Positions 17,519 to 19,280 of a stretch of DNA of 19,280 nt are shown one piece after another. The notes beneath the pieces are model-generated. The model was not told the DNA's origin. It searched no databases and saw only the letters and a program-made list of their open reading frames with translations. The first letter of the stretch is position 1. Each line of letters begins with the position of its first letter. A program made the translations under genes and the position numbers. This stretch comes from Candidatus Heimdallarchaeota archaeon (lineage in GTDB: Archaea; Asgardarchaeota; Heimdallarchaeia; JABLTI01). The stretch spans positions 1 through 19,280 of the forward strand of contig JAHLVW010000054.1 in assembly GCA_019058275.1 (NCBI GenBank). Direction: 5' to 3'.

Positions 17519-19069
17519 ATGACAAGAGAAATCAAAGTAAGAAATTTTCATCAAGCTAAATGGGATGAGCCAGTTATTTTTGAATTAAGCAATAAGGGGG
17601 AACGAGGGATACTATTTCCGGAGATTGAGGAGGAGATAGAAGTCATAGTTGGCGATGGACTTTCTAAATTACCAAAAAACATGATAAGAAAGCAACCTCC
17701 CCAATTACCAGAGCTGTCCCAAATGCAAGTGCTAAAACATTATCTCCGCTTATCTCAACAAACTCTTGGTGCGGATCTAAATGTGGACATTGGGCAAGGA
17801 ACTTGCACTATGAAATATAGTCCAAAGATCAATGAAAAAATAGCTTCGTCTCCCAAACTTACGGAGCTACATCCAGCACAAGATGAAAGTACAGTTCAAG
17901 GAATTCTTGAGATTATCTATAAACTTGACTTGTTTCTCAGAGAAATCTCAGGATTAGATAAATTTACATTCCAACCCGGAGGTGGCGGTCAAGCTATCTT
18001 TGCTATGGTTTCTATGATAGAAGCATACCATGCAGCTAATAATGAAGCTGAACAACGAGACGAAATTATCTCCACGATGTTTTCCCATCCATCTGATGCT
18101 GCAGCTCCTACCGTTAAAGGGTATAAAGTTATTAATATTTATCCAAATGAAGATGGTTTACCAGATGTTGAAGCATTGGAGAAAGCAGTCTCAGAACATA
18201 CTGCTGGGTTGTTAATAACCAATCCAGAAGATACTGGCATCTTTAATCCTAAGATAAAGGAGTTCACTGATATCATTCACAAAGCAGGTGGTATTTGTGG
18301 GTATGATCAAGCTAATGCTAATGGTATAATAGGAATAACAAGAGCAAAAGAAGCAGGTTTTGATATGAGTTTCTTTAATCTTCACAAAACCTTTTCTTCG
18401 CCACATGGTTGCGGTGGTCCAGCCACAGGAGCATTAGGTGTAGCAAAGGAATTTATAAAATATCTTCCAGTTCCTCTAGTAGAATTTGAAAAAGAGAAAT
18501 ACTATTTCAACTACGACCTTCCCAAGAGTATAGGTAAAGTTAGAGCTTTCTATGGAGTAATTCCAGCTATTGTGAAAGCATATTCATGGATAATGAGCTT
18601 AGGAAGTGAGGGATTGAAAGAAGTTGCTCACATAGCTGTTCTCAACAACAATTATCTTCTTAAGAAAGTGTTGGAAATTCCTGGTGCTAGTGCACCATAT
18701 GCGAAAGGTAGACACAGAATAGAACAAGTACGTTATAGTTGGGAAGATCTTTACAAGGATACAGGAATAACAACAGAAGATGTTACCAATCGAATGGTTG
18801 ATTTCGGATTTCACATGTGGTCATCGCATCATCCCTTTATTGTCCCACAACCATTTACTCTTGAACCAACTGAATCTTACGCGAAAGCTGAAATCGATGA
18901 ATACATAGCAGGATTAAAGAGAGTAGCTAAAGAAGCGTATGAAAATCCAGAGATAGTTAAAAACGCTCCTCACCAAAGTGTTGTTCATAAAATTGACCAT
19001 GATCCGTTAGATGATCCTAATAGATGGGCTATAACTTGGAGGGCTTACTTAAAGAAAAACAAAAAGTAA
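17519..19069 (+). CDS. gcvPB: Glycine cleavage system P protein subunit 2-like, PLP-binding (divergent)
   Basis: LPELS, GTCTMKYSP, HP.Q....VQG.L, TNP, YDQAN, PLP-lysine motif NLHKTFSSPHG.GGP, A.LNNNY, EPTES. Confidence 0.88.
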   Translation: MTREIKVRNFHQAKWDEPVIFELSNKGERGILFPEIEEEIEVIVGDGLSKLPKNMIRKQPPQLPELSQMQVLKHYLRLSQQTLGADLNVDIGQGTCTMKYSPKINEKIASSPKLTELHPAQDESTVQGILEIIYKLDLFLREISGLDKFTFQPGGGGQAIFAMVSMIEAYHAANNEAEQRDEIISTMFSHPSDAAAPTVKGYKVINIYPNEDGLPDVEALEKAVSEHTAGLLITNPEDTGIFNPKIKEFTDIIHKAGGICGYDQANANGIIGITRAKEAGFDMSFFNLHKTFSSPHGCGGPATGALGVAKEFIKYLPVPLVEFEKEKYYFNYDLPKSIGKVRAFYGVIPAIVKAYSWIMSLGSEGLKEVAHIAVLNNNYLLKKVLEIPGASAPYAKGRHRIEQVRYSWEDLYKDTGITTEDVTNRMVDFGFHMWSSHHPFIVPQPFTLEPTESYAKAEIDEYIAGLKRVAKEAYENPEIVKNAPHQSVVHKIDHDPLDDPNRWAITWRAYLKKNKK

Positions 19070-19092
19070 GTCATGTAAAAAGATGATCTGAT

Positions 19093-19280
19093 TTGAAGAA
19101 AGTAGGTCTAATTGTAAATCCTATTGCTGGCATGGGTGGTAAAGTTGGTCTTAAAGGAACAAATGGCTTAGAAATTATTGAGAAAGCTAAATCCCTTGGA
19201 GCAAAACCGGAAACACCCAAGCGAACAATGGAAGCATTGAATAGACTTACCTTCCTTAAAAATGAGATTGAGTTAATAAC
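19093..19280 (+). CDS. ATP-NAD kinase-like protein (COG3199/AcoX-related), N-terminal part, runs off the window
   Basis: Translated by hand, absent from the ORF track: a TTG start gives MKKVGLIVNPIAGMGGKVGLKGTNGLEIIEKAKSLGAKPETPKR..., with the family's NPIAGMGG.VGLKG signature. Confidence 0.85.
   Translation, partial: MKKVGLIVNPIAGMGGKVGLKGTNGLEIIEKAKSLGAKPETPKRTMEALNRLTFLKNEIELI

Noticed and set aside
343-18814. Short ORF-track entries overlapping the main genes (e.g. 343-534, 939-1250, 2094-2285, 2203-2409, 2549-2821, 2929-3138, 3834-4151, 5635-5868, 9737-9970, 12061-12267, 15198-15395, 16878-17108, 18599-18814)
   Set aside because: Antisense or alternate-frame shadows of well-supported genes, with no motifs of their own
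1-19280. CRISPR array, transposase, integrase or rRNA
   Set aside because: No regularly spaced direct repeats, recognisable mobile-element proteins or rRNA-like sequence were seen

Overview
AT-rich archaeal chromosomal window. The group II chaperonin, Ard1-type acetyltransferase, DUF3201-like protein and archaeal-style TATA, GGTG/GAGG and oligo-T signals support this; an Asgard/Heimdallarchaeia-like origin is plausible but inferred only. The left half is mostly housekeeping: a MacB/FtsX-type ABC permease (partial) and ATPase, a thermosome subunit, Ard1, two tandem site-2 proteases each fused to an N-terminal double zinc ribbon, membrane proteins, DUF3201, a ferredoxin-nitroreductase and a YVTN beta-propeller. 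The centre (11.6-14.4 kb) is poorly explained. It holds a 361-aa orphan resembling a very divergent TFB lacking the zinc ribbon, a GC-rich self-complementary island that may be a non-coding RNA, a 107-aa orphan, operator-like inverted repeats and a possible decayed LuxR-type HTH. The right end is an operon of two SDRs, a GcvPA/GcvPB pair with a remodelled substrate pocket, and a COG3199 (ATP-NAD kinase/AcoX-like) gene, possibly an uncharacterised cleavage pathway for a substrate other than glycine. All family calls come from motif recognition by eye; no searches were run.
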